The translations under genes and the position numbers were made by a program. From Methanothrix sp. (GTDB taxonomy: Archaea > Halobacteriota > Methanosarcinia > Methanotrichales > Methanotrichaceae): a stretch of 64,000 nt of DNA. The notes under the pieces are model-generated. The model was not told the DNA's origin. It saw nothing but the letters and a program-made list of their open reading frames with translations, and made no database searches. This document shows, in pieces, positions 1 to 9,711 of this stretch (its first letter is position 1; each line of letters begins with the position of its first letter). The stretch lies in the NCBI GenBank assembly GCA_963682135.1, contig OY821645.1, positions 2,464,001-2,528,000 on the forward strand, in the 5' to 3' direction.

Positions 1-221
1 TTGGGACGGGCCAGATTGTCTAGAAGATTCAGGCCCCTGGTGGTACGCAAGAATATAGCGAGAGGAATGCCAAACAAGCTTCCTACTGAGATTCCCCGGC
101 TTTTCCATTTTTCGCTATCTTTCAGAGGCAAGAGTAGAATGGAATACAGGCCGATCAGTGCCACAGCTATGAGCAGCCAATCAACGAATTCCAGCTGAAA
201 CTGCAAGGACAAAAAATCCAA
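1..221 (-). CDS. 5' part of a probable site-2 protease (M50-family membrane metalloprotease), runs off the window edge
   Basis: Minus-strand frame reads (M)DFLSLQFQLEFVDWLLIAVALIGLYSILLLPLKDSEKWKSRGISVGSLFGIPLAIFLRTTRGLNLLDNLARP; the LRTTRGL..LD.LARP segment resembles archaeal S2P N-termini. Start is TTG at 221 or 212, uncertain. Confidence 0.55.
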   Translation of the reverse strand, partial: MDFLSLQFQLEFVDWLLIAVALIGLYSILLLPLKDSEKWKSRGISVGSLFGIPLAIFLRTTRGLNLLDNLARP

Positions 222-224
222 TCC

Positions 225-767
225 TCAGAGTAAGCCTTGCTCCCTCAGTTCTCCCTTGGCCAGCTCTTGATGTTTCTTCTCCAGGAAGCTATAGACATTC
301 CCATGCGGAGCACCATCAAGCAGCATCTCAATGGCTGTACGCGCCACTCGCATCTGCTCCGGATTGCCCAATATGGCTACTGTCTTGCCGTAAACAGATA
401 CCTTGGCGCCGGAGAGCCTCTCCATGATCTCGCGCGACCGTCCGTCTTTGCCGATGATGCGGCCCTTGATGCGTTCCATATCGCTCTTGGTGCCTGCCAT
501 CTTGGATAGGTCCATCACATCGAGCATCAACATCTCGTCATCAAGAATGGACAGAGCTCTCTCCGGTGAGAAGCCCCTTCCGATAGCCTTTACCAGGTCT
601 AATACTCGCAGGCCCTGCAATGGGTCCTCTGCCGATGCAATGGAGACCGCACCGGTCTCGCTGTCTATCTCAAGGGTGGTCTTGGTCTTCTCTTCGATAA
701 AGCGTTTCATGGACCCGCCCGGTCCCACCAGCACACCTACGCGCTCCTCTGGAATCTTGATATCCAA
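225..767 (-). CDS. KH-domain pre-rRNA processing protein (Dim2/Pno1-like)
   Basis: Two KH GxxG motifs (VGPGGS, IIGKDG), ending HGNVYSFLE; conserved aIF1A-RIO1-KH operon. Confidence 0.92.
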   Translation of the reverse strand: MDIKIPEERVGVLVGPGGSMKRFIEEKTKTTLEIDSETGAVSIASAEDPLQGLRVLDLVKAIGRGFSPERALSILDDEMLMLDVMDLSKMAGTKSDMERIKGRIIGKDGRSREIMERLSGAKVSVYGKTVAILGNPEQMRVARTAIEMLLDGAPHGNVYSFLEKKHQELAKGELREQGLL

Positions 768-772
768 TTTAA

Positions 773-1579
773 TCAGCCTTCTTTTTTGTTTATCTCTTCG
801 ATCTCTTCTTTGTCTTTGCGTAGCTTCTCCCAGATCTCTTCTGGAGAGCCCACATCATATTTTTTCTTAAAATAGTGGGCCACGTTGGCTATATCGCGCT
901 CCAGAAATCTTCTGGCCATGGGATGGTCCAGCGTGACAGACTGCCCCATATCTATTATCACAGGATCGCCTTCGTCATAGAGTATATTAAACTCGCTCAG
1001 ATCGGCATGAACGAGCTGTGCGCGATTATAGAGCACAGAGATATATTCCACGATTTTATCAAAAATCCGCTTGGCGTCCTCCGTCTCCAGTTCCACGTCT
1101 TTTAGCTGGGGAGCAACATTCTCGCCTTTGCCTATAAGATCCATAACCAGTATGTTTTCTCTCATGGCTATGGGATGAGGTACGGCTATACCTACCTCCT
1201 GCGCACGTGTCAGATTTCGAAATTCCTTTCTGGTCCAGGCAGCGACGATAGATCTCTTTGTGCCCTTTACATTTCCAAATCTCGGATCGCCATGCAAGTA
1301 ATCCTGCATTACATTGAAATTACTGGTAGAGATGCGATAAATCTTCAGGGCCAGCTCTTTTTCGCCCACGATGGCCCTAAAAATGTTGGCTTCTTTGCCG
1401 GTGCAGATGGACCCACCCAGAGCATCAATTACGCCCTTGCTGGCCAAGCTGTAAAGGTCCATAAGAGTGCGCTTATCGAACACCGCATCCTGGACGTTTA
1501 AATCATCGGAGTCCTTAATCCTGGTACGAATAACATCGATCTTGGTATCGAAATCTTCGTCCTTGGTACGCCTGCTCAT
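773..1579 (-). CDS. rio1: RIO1 serine/threonine kinase
   Basis: TGKEANIF, LVHADLSEFNIL and IIDMGQSV motifs. Confidence 0.95.
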   Translation of the reverse strand: MSRRTKDEDFDTKIDVIRTRIKDSDDLNVQDAVFDKRTLMDLYSLASKGVIDALGGSICTGKEANIFRAIVGEKELALKIYRISTSNFNVMQDYLHGDPRFGNVKGTKRSIVAAWTRKEFRNLTRAQEVGIAVPHPIAMRENILVMDLIGKGENVAPQLKDVELETEDAKRIFDKIVEYISVLYNRAQLVHADLSEFNILYDEGDPVIIDMGQSVTLDHPMARRFLERDIANVAHYFKKKYDVGSPEEIWEKLRKDKEEIEEINKKEG

Positions 1580-1604
1580 AATGTGCCTTTCAAGAAGATT
1601 CCCA

Positions 1605-1928
1605 TCAAGAGGTTCCTTTCAGGAATCCCTTACGTTGCAGCCAGTCCACCTGGGGACCGGTGTATCTCCAGACTACATCGGCTTTTTCATTCTCGATTTC
1701 CCAGGGAATGACAATGACCACATCACCCTGTCTGATCCAGATTCTCTTCTTCATCTTGCCAGGTATGCGGCCCATCCTGGTAACGCCATCGATGCATCTC
1801 ACTTTAATGCGATTAGCTCCAAGCAGACTTTCCACATGACCGAATATTTCTCGATCCTGTTTGCGGGGGAGACGGACCCTGGTAATTACAGCTCCTTCTT
1901 CTTCCCTGCCACGACCTCTATTATACAG
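1605..1928 (-). CDS. eif1a: Translation initiation factor aIF-1A, probable CTG start
   Basis: RVRLP...[42 protein letters not shown]. Conserved sequence extends upstream of the GTG at 1835 to a CTG at 1928, 4 nt after GAGGTGA. Confidence 0.93.
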   Translation of the reverse strand: MYNRGRGREEEGAVITRVRLPRKQDREIFGHVESLLGANRIKVRCIDGVTRMGRIPGKMKKRIWIRQGDVVIVIPWEIENEKADVVWRYTGPQVDWLQRKGFLKGTS

Positions 1929-2071
1929 CTTATCACCTCAAATAATAATTATGGACCTAATATTCATGGAATCTTCGGGGCCGCTTGCCCCGAGTAGCCA
2001 AAGTATTTCTTTCGCCCTTGCGCTAAAAACTACGCTTAAATAGTTAAAGCTTGTGTCGGCCAAAATACAAA

Positions 2072-2145
2072 TGGGCCCGACGCGATTCGAACGCGTGATC
2101 CCCGCCGTGTGAAGGCGATGTCATAACCAGCTAGACCACAGGCCC
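2072..2145 (-). tRNA. tRNA-Val(CAC)
   Basis: Reverse complement GGGCCTG...TCGCC-TTCACAC-GGCGG...ACGCG TTCGAAT CGCGT CGGGCCCA forms a cloverleaf. Confidence 0.95.
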
Positions 2146-2234
2146 TGAAGGTATGCAAGTAAGTCATCAGCTATTTGTATCTTGCCCTTGGGAAGAGAAT
2201 GGCAAATTCATATTTGTCCTGAGCAAAGGAATTA

Positions 2235-2242
2235 TTTAAATA
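2235..2242 (+). promoter_or_regulatory. Putative TATA box of uppS (likely leaderless transcript)
   Basis: TTTAAATA about 25 nt upstream of ATG 2268, preceded by purine-rich BRE-like sequence. Confidence 0.45.
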
Positions 2243-2267
2243 GTAATTCGCGAAGCTAATTAAACGA

Positions 2268-3053
2268 ATGAGTTTCATCTTGAGAAACCCTGCCTACATC
2301 TTTTATGAGCGGCTCTTAAAGTCACGCATTCTTGCCGGAGTTCCGGTGGAGCATGTGGCCATTATCCAGGATGGAAACCGCAGATATGCCCAGCAAAAAG
2401 GCCTTTCTCGATTCCTGGGGCACAGTCTTGGAGCCGACACCTCGGAGAAGGTCTCGGATTGGTGCCTGGAGGTCGGCATCAAACATCTCACTCTTTATGC
2501 TTTTTCTACTGAGAACTTCAATAGGGATGATACAGAGAAGCGCTATCTCTTTGATCTGATCAAAAACAAGTTTATGGAGCTGTGCAACTCCAAAAAGATT
2601 CATGCCAATGGTGTTCGGGTGAGGGCCATAGGCAGAGTGGAGATGCTGCCGCAAGACCTGCAAGAACAGATCAGTCGCACAGAGGAGGCCACGCGAAAAT
2701 ATGCGACCATGTACCTGAACGTGGCCCTGGCTTACGGCGGACAGCGCGAACTGGTTGACGCGGCGCGATCCCTGGCGCGCCAGGTTTCCGAGGGAATGAT
2801 AAGGGCGGCAGAGGTAGATGAGAATCTGATCGCCCAACATCTCTATCCGCAAGATGGAACCTCCGTGCCAAAAGTGGATCTGATTATCAGGACGGGCGGG
2901 GACTGTCGCACCTCCAACTTCCTGCCCTGGCAGGCTAACGGCAATGAGTGCGCCGCATACTTTTGCGCGCCCTACTGGCCGGAGTTTAGGAAGATAGACT
3001 TTCTGCGAGCCATTCGTACCGCCCAAACCCGGGGATCTGGCCAACAAGCTTAA
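2268..3053 (+). CDS. uppS: cis-prenyltransferase (tritrans,polycis-undecaprenyl diphosphate synthase)
   Basis: HVAIIQDGNRRYA, YAFSTENF, AYGG and DLIIRTGG..RTSNFLPWQ motifs. Confidence 0.95.
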   Translation: MSFILRNPAYIFYERLLKSRILAGVPVEHVAIIQDGNRRYAQQKGLSRFLGHSLGADTSEKVSDWCLEVGIKHLTLYAFSTENFNRDDTEKRYLFDLIKNKFMELCNSKKIHANGVRVRAIGRVEMLPQDLQEQISRTEEATRKYATMYLNVALAYGGQRELVDAARSLARQVSEGMIRAAEVDENLIAQHLYPQDGTSVPKVDLIIRTGGDCRTSNFLPWQANGNECAAYFCAPYWPEFRKIDFLRAIRTAQTRGSGQQA

Positions 3054-3083
3054 TTACCTGAAGCATGCCATGAGGGATGTTTT

Positions 3084-3172
3084 GTCCCGATGGGGTAGTG
3101 GACATCCCGGAGGCCTGCGGAGCCAAAAAGCGCAGAGAGCCTTCAACCCGGGTTCGAATCCCGGTCGGGACG
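3084..3172 (+). tRNA. tRNA-Arg(GCG) with 17-nt intron (3121-3137)
   Basis: Acceptor stem GTCCCGA/TCGGGAC; canonical 37/38 intron forms a bulge-helix-bulge (CTGC/GCAG helix, GG|A and AG|A bulges). Confidence 0.93.
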
Positions 3173-3293
3173 TTAGGTTGCTGGTAATGGAAACGCGGTT
3201 TTTTCATCTAAATCGCATCATACCAGTCAACTGCAACGACTCAAGAAGAGCTAGGTTTCACGAGGGTCATCGCTTTTATTACATCTGGAGTGC

Positions 3294-3998
3294 GGAGGGT
3301 CACGAATACCCCAACCTTCAGGTTGGGGATGAAGTGAACCCTCGCCGTTTTTTGCGTTAATTCATATCGATCAACCGTTGCTTCTTTTAAAATGAAATCG
3401 TATTTGGCACTTTAGCCACAGGTGGTGCCACCCACCTATGGCTAGGATGTGATAAGCGTTGGAATTGCGCAGTTTTAGCCATGGCTATGGTCAAATTACC
3501 TACCACATCGTACTGGTGCCAAAGTATCGATACAAGATATTCTATGATAAGCGAGTTAAAAAGGATTGCGAGCTAATTCTCATCAATATTTGCATGGAGC
3601 AAGGCTATAAAATTCATGCAATGGAAATTGTAGACGATCATGTTCACTTGTTTCTGGAATTCCACCCGAGCTCTTCTCTATCAAGAGTCGTTCAATTTTT
3701 GAAAGGAGGTAGTTCATATAGAATGTTCAAGCTTCATCCCGAATTGAAAAAAAGATATTGGGGCGGAAGCTTGTGGTCAAGTGGCAAATTCTTTCGATCC
3801 GTCGGAAATGTGACTGCTGACACAATAAAGCACTATATTAAGGAATCTCAGGGGAAAACAAAAGCAGAATCGCAATTTTGCAGATCAAAGGAATCTGGGC
3901 AAAGAAGGCTCGATGATTTCTGATCTCCAGCTAACTGGGCGTGCGTGCGGCCCGAAGCATACCCCATCCCTTTAGGGTGGGGTGGCCGCACGCAGTTT
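3294..3998 (+). mobile_element. IS200-type element (tnpA only, no tnpB); ends approximate
   Basis: Subterminal hairpins CCCCAACC-TTCA-GGTTGGGG (~3309-3328) and ACCCCATCCC-TTTA-GGGTGGGGT (3961-3983), each within a longer stem, flank a Y1 transposase. Confidence 0.8.
3459..3923 (+). CDS. tnpA: IS200/IS605 Y1 (HUH) transposase
   Basis: YHIVLVPKYR, DHVHLF (HUH), LWSSGKFFRSVG and IKHYI catalytic Tyr. Confidence 0.95.
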   Translation: MELRSFSHGYGQITYHIVLVPKYRYKIFYDKRVKKDCELILINICMEQGYKIHAMEIVDDHVHLFLEFHPSSSLSRVVQFLKGGSSYRMFKLHPELKKRYWGGSLWSSGKFFRSVGNVTADTIKHYIKESQGKTKAESQFCRSKESGQRRLDDF

Positions 3999-4226
3999 GA
4001 TTTTACCTAGGGCGTGCAATCAGCTCGGGCAAGCAACATCCTTCCCATTAGTGAATATTTGTCGCATCCCAACATGTCCATATAGGCAGCAATTTTGAGG
4101 ATTCGCTTCGGTCTCTTCTTGACCACATCACGGTTATATCACGACTTAAGATGCGGTGTAGTCCATCGCGTACCATCTAATGAGTTGGAAATCCTAATAA
4201 TCTCTGCAACGAGCTCAGTTCCTCTC

Positions 4227-5732
4227 CTATTCATCCACCGTAAAATACTCCGTCAGGATCTGACGATCATTTCGGGTAACATCTACATGAAATTCGTCAG
4301 ACGGAAGTTCCAGGTCCCACGTATCTCCATACAAGGTGCGGGTGTCTATGGAACACCAGATATTGTAGGATGGCCAATAACCTCCGCTTGGATTGGGGGG
4401 TATATCAATGGGGCCAACTCTATACGAGCTGCCATCTGGAGAATACCAGTACCAATAGAATGAAGCAGGTCCTGCATTGGCGAGGCTCACCCAGGAGTAG
4501 ACCTTGCTGTCGGTACTAAGGAAGAATCTGTCCGTTCTTGTGATCGGGCTGCGGGTGGCCTCGTCAATGTTGCTGGCCGTGCTATGATCAAGAATGCTGG
4601 TGCTGGATGTCTGTTCCTCATAACCGTTTTCGAGAGTAAATTGTTCCGTCAATTGCGTTACATAGGTAGGACCGATCAGGTAGACATTTACCTTCCAGTT
4701 TCCTGACAGGTAAGGCTCATCTGGTATATCTGCAATATCGATATAATACCAGATATTGTAAGTGGGCCAATGATCACCGTTGGGATTGGTAGGAATATCC
4801 GCAGAACCTGTCTTGTATAGGTTGCCATCCGGTGAATACCAATACCATTCTACTCTGCCGGGGGCAATATTTGCGAGGCTCACCCAGGAGTAAGCCTTAC
4901 TGTCGGCAGTGGTGAAATTGTAGGTTCTTGTGATCGGAATATGATTGGATTCGTCAACACTGCTTGCCATGCAGTGATCAAGAATGTGGGTGACAGGTGT
5001 GGCACTTGGGCTGCTGGTGGTCGTGTTGATCAAAGAGTGCATCCGTGTTGCCGTAGTCTCGGCCACCTCAGACTCTTCGCTGCCCAGGGCCTTTAGAGCA
5101 TCAGCTTTGCCGTTCCAGGCCTGCCAGATGTCGGCATTGTAGGGATCCAACCTGATAGCCTCATCGTAAGCGGTAATGGCCTCATCGTACTTGCCTTGAT
5201 TGTAGAGCTCAAGGCCTTCATTGATGCTCGTGGTTAAGTTTGTGCCAGGTGTAGCAATCGGACGGCCATTTAGTGTAATGGTCGCAGGCCTCCAGGTAGA
5301 GCCGCCAAATCCCAGCTCCTTTGCCCTGGTATAGGCCGCATCGGACTCGTTAGTTCGACCAAGTGCCTTTAGAGCATCGCCTTTGTAAGCCCAGGGGATG
5401 GCATTATTTGGCCATAGCTCTATGGCTTTATCATATGCTAAAATGGCCTGGTCGTATTTGCCCAGGCCATAGAGTGCATCGCCTTTGCCATTCCAGGCCT
5501 GCCAGGTCTGGGTACTGTTGGGATCTAGCTTGATCGCTGCATCGTAAGCGTTGATGGCCTCGTTGTATTTGCACTGATTGTAGAAATCGAGCGCTGTGTT
5601 AAGGGCCTTGTTGTATTGGGCTGAATTATCAAGATCAAAGCCGCTGAGGGTCCAGGTATTAGCAGTTGGCTGACATTGTGTGGGTACCATCAATACCAGC
5701 ATGAGAATAAAAACTATGCAGATCCCTCTCAT
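4227..5732 (-). CDS. Secreted TPR protein with two tandem C-terminal beta-rich domains
   Basis: Signal peptide, TPRs (AWNGKGDALYGLGKYDQAI), and a duplicated ILDH..AS..D...PITRT...YSWVSLAN...WYWYSPDG domain. Confidence 0.85.
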   Translation of the reverse strand: MRGICIVFILMLVLMVPTQCQPTANTWTLSGFDLDNSAQYNKALNTALDFYNQCKYNEAINAYDAAIKLDPNSTQTWQAWNGKGDALYGLGKYDQAILAYDKAIELWPNNAIPWAYKGDALKALGRTNESDAAYTRAKELGFGGSTWRPATITLNGRPIATPGTNLTTSINEGLELYNQGKYDEAITAYDEAIRLDPYNADIWQAWNGKADALKALGSEESEVAETTATRMHSLINTTTSSPSATPVTHILDHCMASSVDESNHIPITRTYNFTTADSKAYSWVSLANIAPGRVEWYWYSPDGNLYKTGSADIPTNPNGDHWPTYNIWYYIDIADIPDEPYLSGNWKVNVYLIGPTYVTQLTEQFTLENGYEEQTSSTSILDHSTASNIDEATRSPITRTDRFFLSTDSKVYSWVSLANAGPASFYWYWYSPDGSSYRVGPIDIPPNPSGGYWPSYNIWCSIDTRTLYGDTWDLELPSDEFHVDVTRNDRQILTEYFTVDE

Positions 5733-5886
5733 AGGAACGAAGAAGTGTCTAGAGTAGATAATATTTTCGATGACGATGTAGATGAAAGAACTGAATTGGC
5801 ATACCGAAAGACCTAATTACCTTAGTAGCGAAATAAAAGACATCCGTAGCTGCAAATCGCAGCGAAATTTAGTGTGATGGAGCGAG

Positions 5887-6621
5887 ATGGTTTTGGCATT
5901 ACAAAGCAGCAAATTTCCCAGGTCCAAGTCAGGCGTACCTGGATATGACGAACTGGTTGATGGCGGTTTTCACAAAGGGACAGTAAACACCGTCACCGGG
6001 TCTTCCGGTACGGGCAAGACCGTCTTTGCCTGCCAGTTTATAAATTACGGCATTAAGATGGGTGAGAAGGGAATGATCATCACTCCTTCCGAGAGTGCAG
6101 AGTACCTGAAGCGAGAGATGATGTCCTCTTTTGGCTGGGATTTCACTAAACTGGAAAACGATGGAAAACTGGCTATTGTCGATGTAACCGATCCGGTTTT
6201 GCGCCTGCAAAAGAGCATCGATGTCGATCCGGTGGATTTTCTTATAAACTTCAGAAAGCTGGTAGAGAGAAAGCTGGAGGAGGTAAAGCCCGACCGGCTT
6301 TTCATCGACGATCTCACTGCCTTCTTTATGGCTGTGGAGGCCCCATTCAAGGTTCGCTCTCTGACCGATGATCTCTTCGGCACCATTCGAGCCAGCGGCG
6401 TCACATCCCTGGTGACTATCGGCACGGCTTTTGGTACCAACCAGTTCCTGGAGTACGGAGCCGACTCGGCCACTATGCTCAGCCGTGAGCGCATCGGCAA
6501 TACATTAATCAGGTCGATATATATTATGAAGATGCGCGGCTCGAAGATTGCCAATAGCATCAGGGTCTTGGACATCACCGACGAGGGAATCGCTGTATCC
6601 TCGCTCTCGCCTTATTCCTGA
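5887..6621 (+). CDS. Single-domain KaiC/RAD55-family RecA-superfamily ATPase
   Basis: SGVPGYDELVDGG, GSSGTGKT (Walker A), FIDD and KMRGS motifs. Confidence 0.9.
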   Translation: MVLALQSSKFPRSKSGVPGYDELVDGGFHKGTVNTVTGSSGTGKTVFACQFINYGIKMGEKGMIITPSESAEYLKREMMSSFGWDFTKLENDGKLAIVDVTDPVLRLQKSIDVDPVDFLINFRKLVERKLEEVKPDRLFIDDLTAFFMAVEAPFKVRSLTDDLFGTIRASGVTSLVTIGTAFGTNQFLEYGADSATMLSRERIGNTLIRSIYIMKMRGSKIANSIRVLDITDEGIAVSSLSPYS

Positions 6622-6665
6622 TCGGATGAGTAGGTGAAGATCGGGAAATCAGAAGGTGCAAAAAA

Positions 6666-8450
6666 ATGATAGAAAGATGGATCGTCCTGGCGGCAGAGGA
6701 AGCAGGTCCCGTCTCGAATAAGATGGGCGGCATCTGGAATGTGGTGGATGCAGAGGCTACAATGCTGGCCCGGCTCGTAGCACAAGGCGATATTGAAAGC
6801 GGCCTGCATATTCTGGTGGCAGGTCCCAACTATGTTACCTCCGGTTCAGACTGGAATACAGGCAGAAACCGGGTCACAGATCTCACTGGATTCGAGAAAC
6901 TGGAGATGGGGCCGCAGCTAAGGGACGTTCTGGCAGCACTGAATGCGTCCGGCATTGAGACCGTCACCGGGCAAAGAATAGTAGAAGGCGTTCCTGTCGG
7001 CTATGTGCTCTTTAATACCAATTATTATCAGTCCCATATGGTGCGCTGGAATAATCTGGAGATGACACAGAATAACGCCATCAAGACCGAGGCATTTGAT
7101 TTGGTGGGCCTTGATTCCATGAACTTTGAGAGAGCTCACTATGGCTCGGAGTACAACCACTACCTAAATCTCTCCTATGCCGTATCTGAGCTGGTTAGGG
7201 GTCTGGCCCGCGCACCGGAAGAGATGGCGCAAAAGTACACTGACAGGGCAGTCTCGGAATTTGCCAAGTCGGTAATGCCCAAAGTTAGAGTTTGCATGCA
7301 CTGCCATGAGTTTGGAGTCTTCTATGCGGCAGCCAGGCTCAAGAAATTGGGAGTTCCTGTTAGAATGGTCTGCACATTGCACGCTACCGTTCCCGGTCGC
7401 ACGGCAGGCTATAAGTCTCTGCAAAAGATCGCCCAAAGCGACTCAAAGATGGAGCCGGGCACACCCCTCGGCTTTGCTACCTTAGAGGCTCTGGCACGCT
7501 ATGCCGATGCCGTTACATTCGTGGGCGATTCGACCATGAAAGAAGCCATGCTCTTTTACCGCTTGAAGGGCATTGTCATCAGAAATGGAATTGACGTTGA
7601 GACACAGGAGATCGACTGGGATAAGAAAGAACGCTGTCGTGCCAGGATTCAGCAATTTTTAACTGAAAACCTCTACAAATACTGCGATGGTAAATGCGTA
7701 AAATCCGAGAACTTAATTCCGGTCTTCACCATCTCCCGCATAGAGATCGAGAATAAAGGGTACATTCATCTTCTTGATGCCCTGGTGCTTCAAGACCACC
7801 TGCTCAAGCATAGATTGACCGGTCAGCGTCATGCCGAGGAGACCAGGGTGGTATGCTTCCTTATAGCCTCGCACGGTCCCAAAGATAAGGAGAAACTGCC
7901 TGATGGATTTCCCATTAACCTCACGCCGGAGGTTTTAGTGGGTGAGGAGATTCGCCTGGAGAATATGATCAAGGAGCGCGGCCTGGATGAATCCGAGCTG
8001 ATCTCCGGCAAACGAATGGTCGCAGCATTGCTCTATCCTCAGTGGGTGGGACCGGATGACGGCGGCCTGGGAATGAGCGTGGATGAGATCATGGCCGGCT
8101 GCGTTGCCGGGATATTTCCCTCTCAATATGAGCCCTTTCTTCTCACCGCCCTGGAAGCAGGCCGGGAAGGCACACCCAATATCGTCAGTCGGGCGGCAGG
8201 ATACAGCGATGCTCTAAAGAAGATCAAACGTCGCGTGCCGGGCCTGGGGGGCGTGGTAATTGTGGACAACATTGAGGCGCAGCGCCAGGAGACCGTACTG
8301 GATTATGCCCTGGCTCTGGACTACTTCACCTGGACCTATCTGGATGATGAGGTCAAATACCGGCTGCTCTGCGAAGAGTCATTCTCTTTGGCTAGGCAGT
8401 TTAGCTGGAAGGAGCCGGTACTGGAGTATTACAAGAATCTGGTAGCTTAG
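6666..8450 (+). CDS. Glycogen synthase-like glycosyltransferase, GT3 (eukaryote-type) family
   Basis: NKMGGIWNV, HCHEF, TLHAT..GR, SRIEIENKG, LYPQWV and GIFPSQYEPF parallel the yeast/animal GT3 motifs. Confidence 0.8.
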   Translation: MIERWIVLAAEEAGPVSNKMGGIWNVVDAEATMLARLVAQGDIESGLHILVAGPNYVTSGSDWNTGRNRVTDLTGFEKLEMGPQLRDVLAALNASGIETVTGQRIVEGVPVGYVLFNTNYYQSHMVRWNNLEMTQNNAIKTEAFDLVGLDSMNFERAHYGSEYNHYLNLSYAVSELVRGLARAPEEMAQKYTDRAVSEFAKSVMPKVRVCMHCHEFGVFYAAARLKKLGVPVRMVCTLHATVPGRTAGYKSLQKIAQSDSKMEPGTPLGFATLEALARYADAVTFVGDSTMKEAMLFYRLKGIVIRNGIDVETQEIDWDKKERCRARIQQFLTENLYKYCDGKCVKSENLIPVFTISRIEIENKGYIHLLDALVLQDHLLKHRLTGQRHAEETRVVCFLIASHGPKDKEKLPDGFPINLTPEVLVGEEIRLENMIKERGLDESELISGKRMVAALLYPQWVGPDDGGLGMSVDEIMAGCVAGIFPSQYEPFLLTALEAGREGTPNIVSRAAGYSDALKKIKRRVPGLGGVVIVDNIEAQRQETVLDYALALDYFTWTYLDDEVKYRLLCEESFSLARQFSWKEPVLEYYKNLVA

Positions 8451-8468
8451 CCTGGATGTGAGAAAATA

Positions 8469-9707
8469 ATGAGAATTGCCTACTTGAGCCTGGAGTTTCC
8501 GCCCAGGATCTTCGGCGGCCTGGGTGTGTACGTCGATGAAATATCCCGCGAAATGGTCCGCCTGGGTGAGAGTATCTCGGTATTTACCCTGGGAGACGGC
8601 AAACTGAAACGATATCAGGAGATGAACGGGGTCGAAGTATTCAGAATGTATCCCGTTCCCATCCGGGACGGGCTTGATGTATTCTTCTCTATCCAGACTC
8701 TCTCCTGGGGAGAAGGACTGCGTTTCCTTGAGGATCTCATCAGTCTAAACCAGCTGTGTGCGGCAAGCGTTATGGAGAATGGACCTTTCCATCTCTGTGT
8801 AGCCCACGACTGGCTCGGCTTGCTGGGCGCTATGGCTGTTAAGAGGGAAGGAATTCCCATGATCTATCACGTACATGGCCTGGAGATCGGTCGAACGGAT
8901 ACTCCTAATCCGCAGCTCGTGACTCTGGAAAAGATGGGCGCCGAAGTAGCAGATCTGGTCATTACCGTTTCACAGGCCATGAAGCAGCAGTTGGTCGGCC
9001 TGGGAGTCAGCCAGGAAAAGGTTCGCGTCTGCTACCATGGTGTGGACGCCTCATTTTTCAATCCCGACCGGGCAGATGCCAAGCGCTTGGCGGAGTTGAA
9101 GGAGAGATACGGCTTTGCGCCGGATGATCTCATCGTCCTCTTCATGGGTCGGCTGGAGAGTGTAAAAGGGGTTGTACAGCTCTTTTCTGCCATCCCACAG
9201 GTCTTGGCAAAGCATCCCAGGGTGAAGCTGCTGGTAGTGGGCAAAGGCAGCCTGGAGAGCTGGGCGGCATCGGAGGCAAAGCGGCTTGGCTGCGTCACGC
9301 TGGTCACTGATTTTCTGGACGGCGAAGAGAAGATGCTCACTTATGCTCTGGCGGACCTGTGCGTATTTCCCAGCATCTATGAGCCCTTTGGCATAGTCGC
9401 TCTCGAGGCGGCGGCCATGGGCAAGGTGGCAGTAGTGGGCGCCTCCGGCACATCCGGTCTGGCAGAGATTGTGAAGAACCCAGGAGATGAGCGGCCTACG
9501 GGTGTTCATGTCAATGCTCGTGATCCCCAGGATATCGCCTGGGGCATTAATCTCGCCCTGGAGGACATGGACCGCCTAAGATCCTGGGGAGAGAATGCCA
9601 GGGCAAGAGTGCTGGAGGAGTTCACCTGGCAGAAGGCGGCGGAGAGAACCCGGGAGATTTATGAGGAATTGACCGGAAGGGAAGCTGCTGGAAAAAAGGA
9701 AACGTGA
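8469..9707 (+). CDS. GT4 glycosyltransferase (glycogen/starch-synthase-associated type)
   Basis: EFPPRIFGGLG, AHDW, GRLESVKG and PSIYEPFGIVALEA. Confidence 0.9.
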   Translation: MRIAYLSLEFPPRIFGGLGVYVDEISREMVRLGESISVFTLGDGKLKRYQEMNGVEVFRMYPVPIRDGLDVFFSIQTLSWGEGLRFLEDLISLNQLCAASVMENGPFHLCVAHDWLGLLGAMAVKREGIPMIYHVHGLEIGRTDTPNPQLVTLEKMGAEVADLVITVSQAMKQQLVGLGVSQEKVRVCYHGVDASFFNPDRADAKRLAELKERYGFAPDDLIVLFMGRLESVKGVVQLFSAIPQVLAKHPRVKLLVVGKGSLESWAASEAKRLGCVTLVTDFLDGEEKMLTYALADLCVFPSIYEPFGIVALEAAAMGKVAVVGASGTSGLAEIVKNPGDERPTGVHVNARDPQDIAWGINLALEDMDRLRSWGENARARVLEEFTWQKAAERTREIYEELTGREAAGKKET

Positions 9708-9711
9708 GGTC

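Noticed and set aside
3225-3292. omegaRNA/IscB or second IS605 end (GTCAAC...)
   Set aside because: Only a short resemblance, with no clean hairpin and no tnpB/iscB gene.
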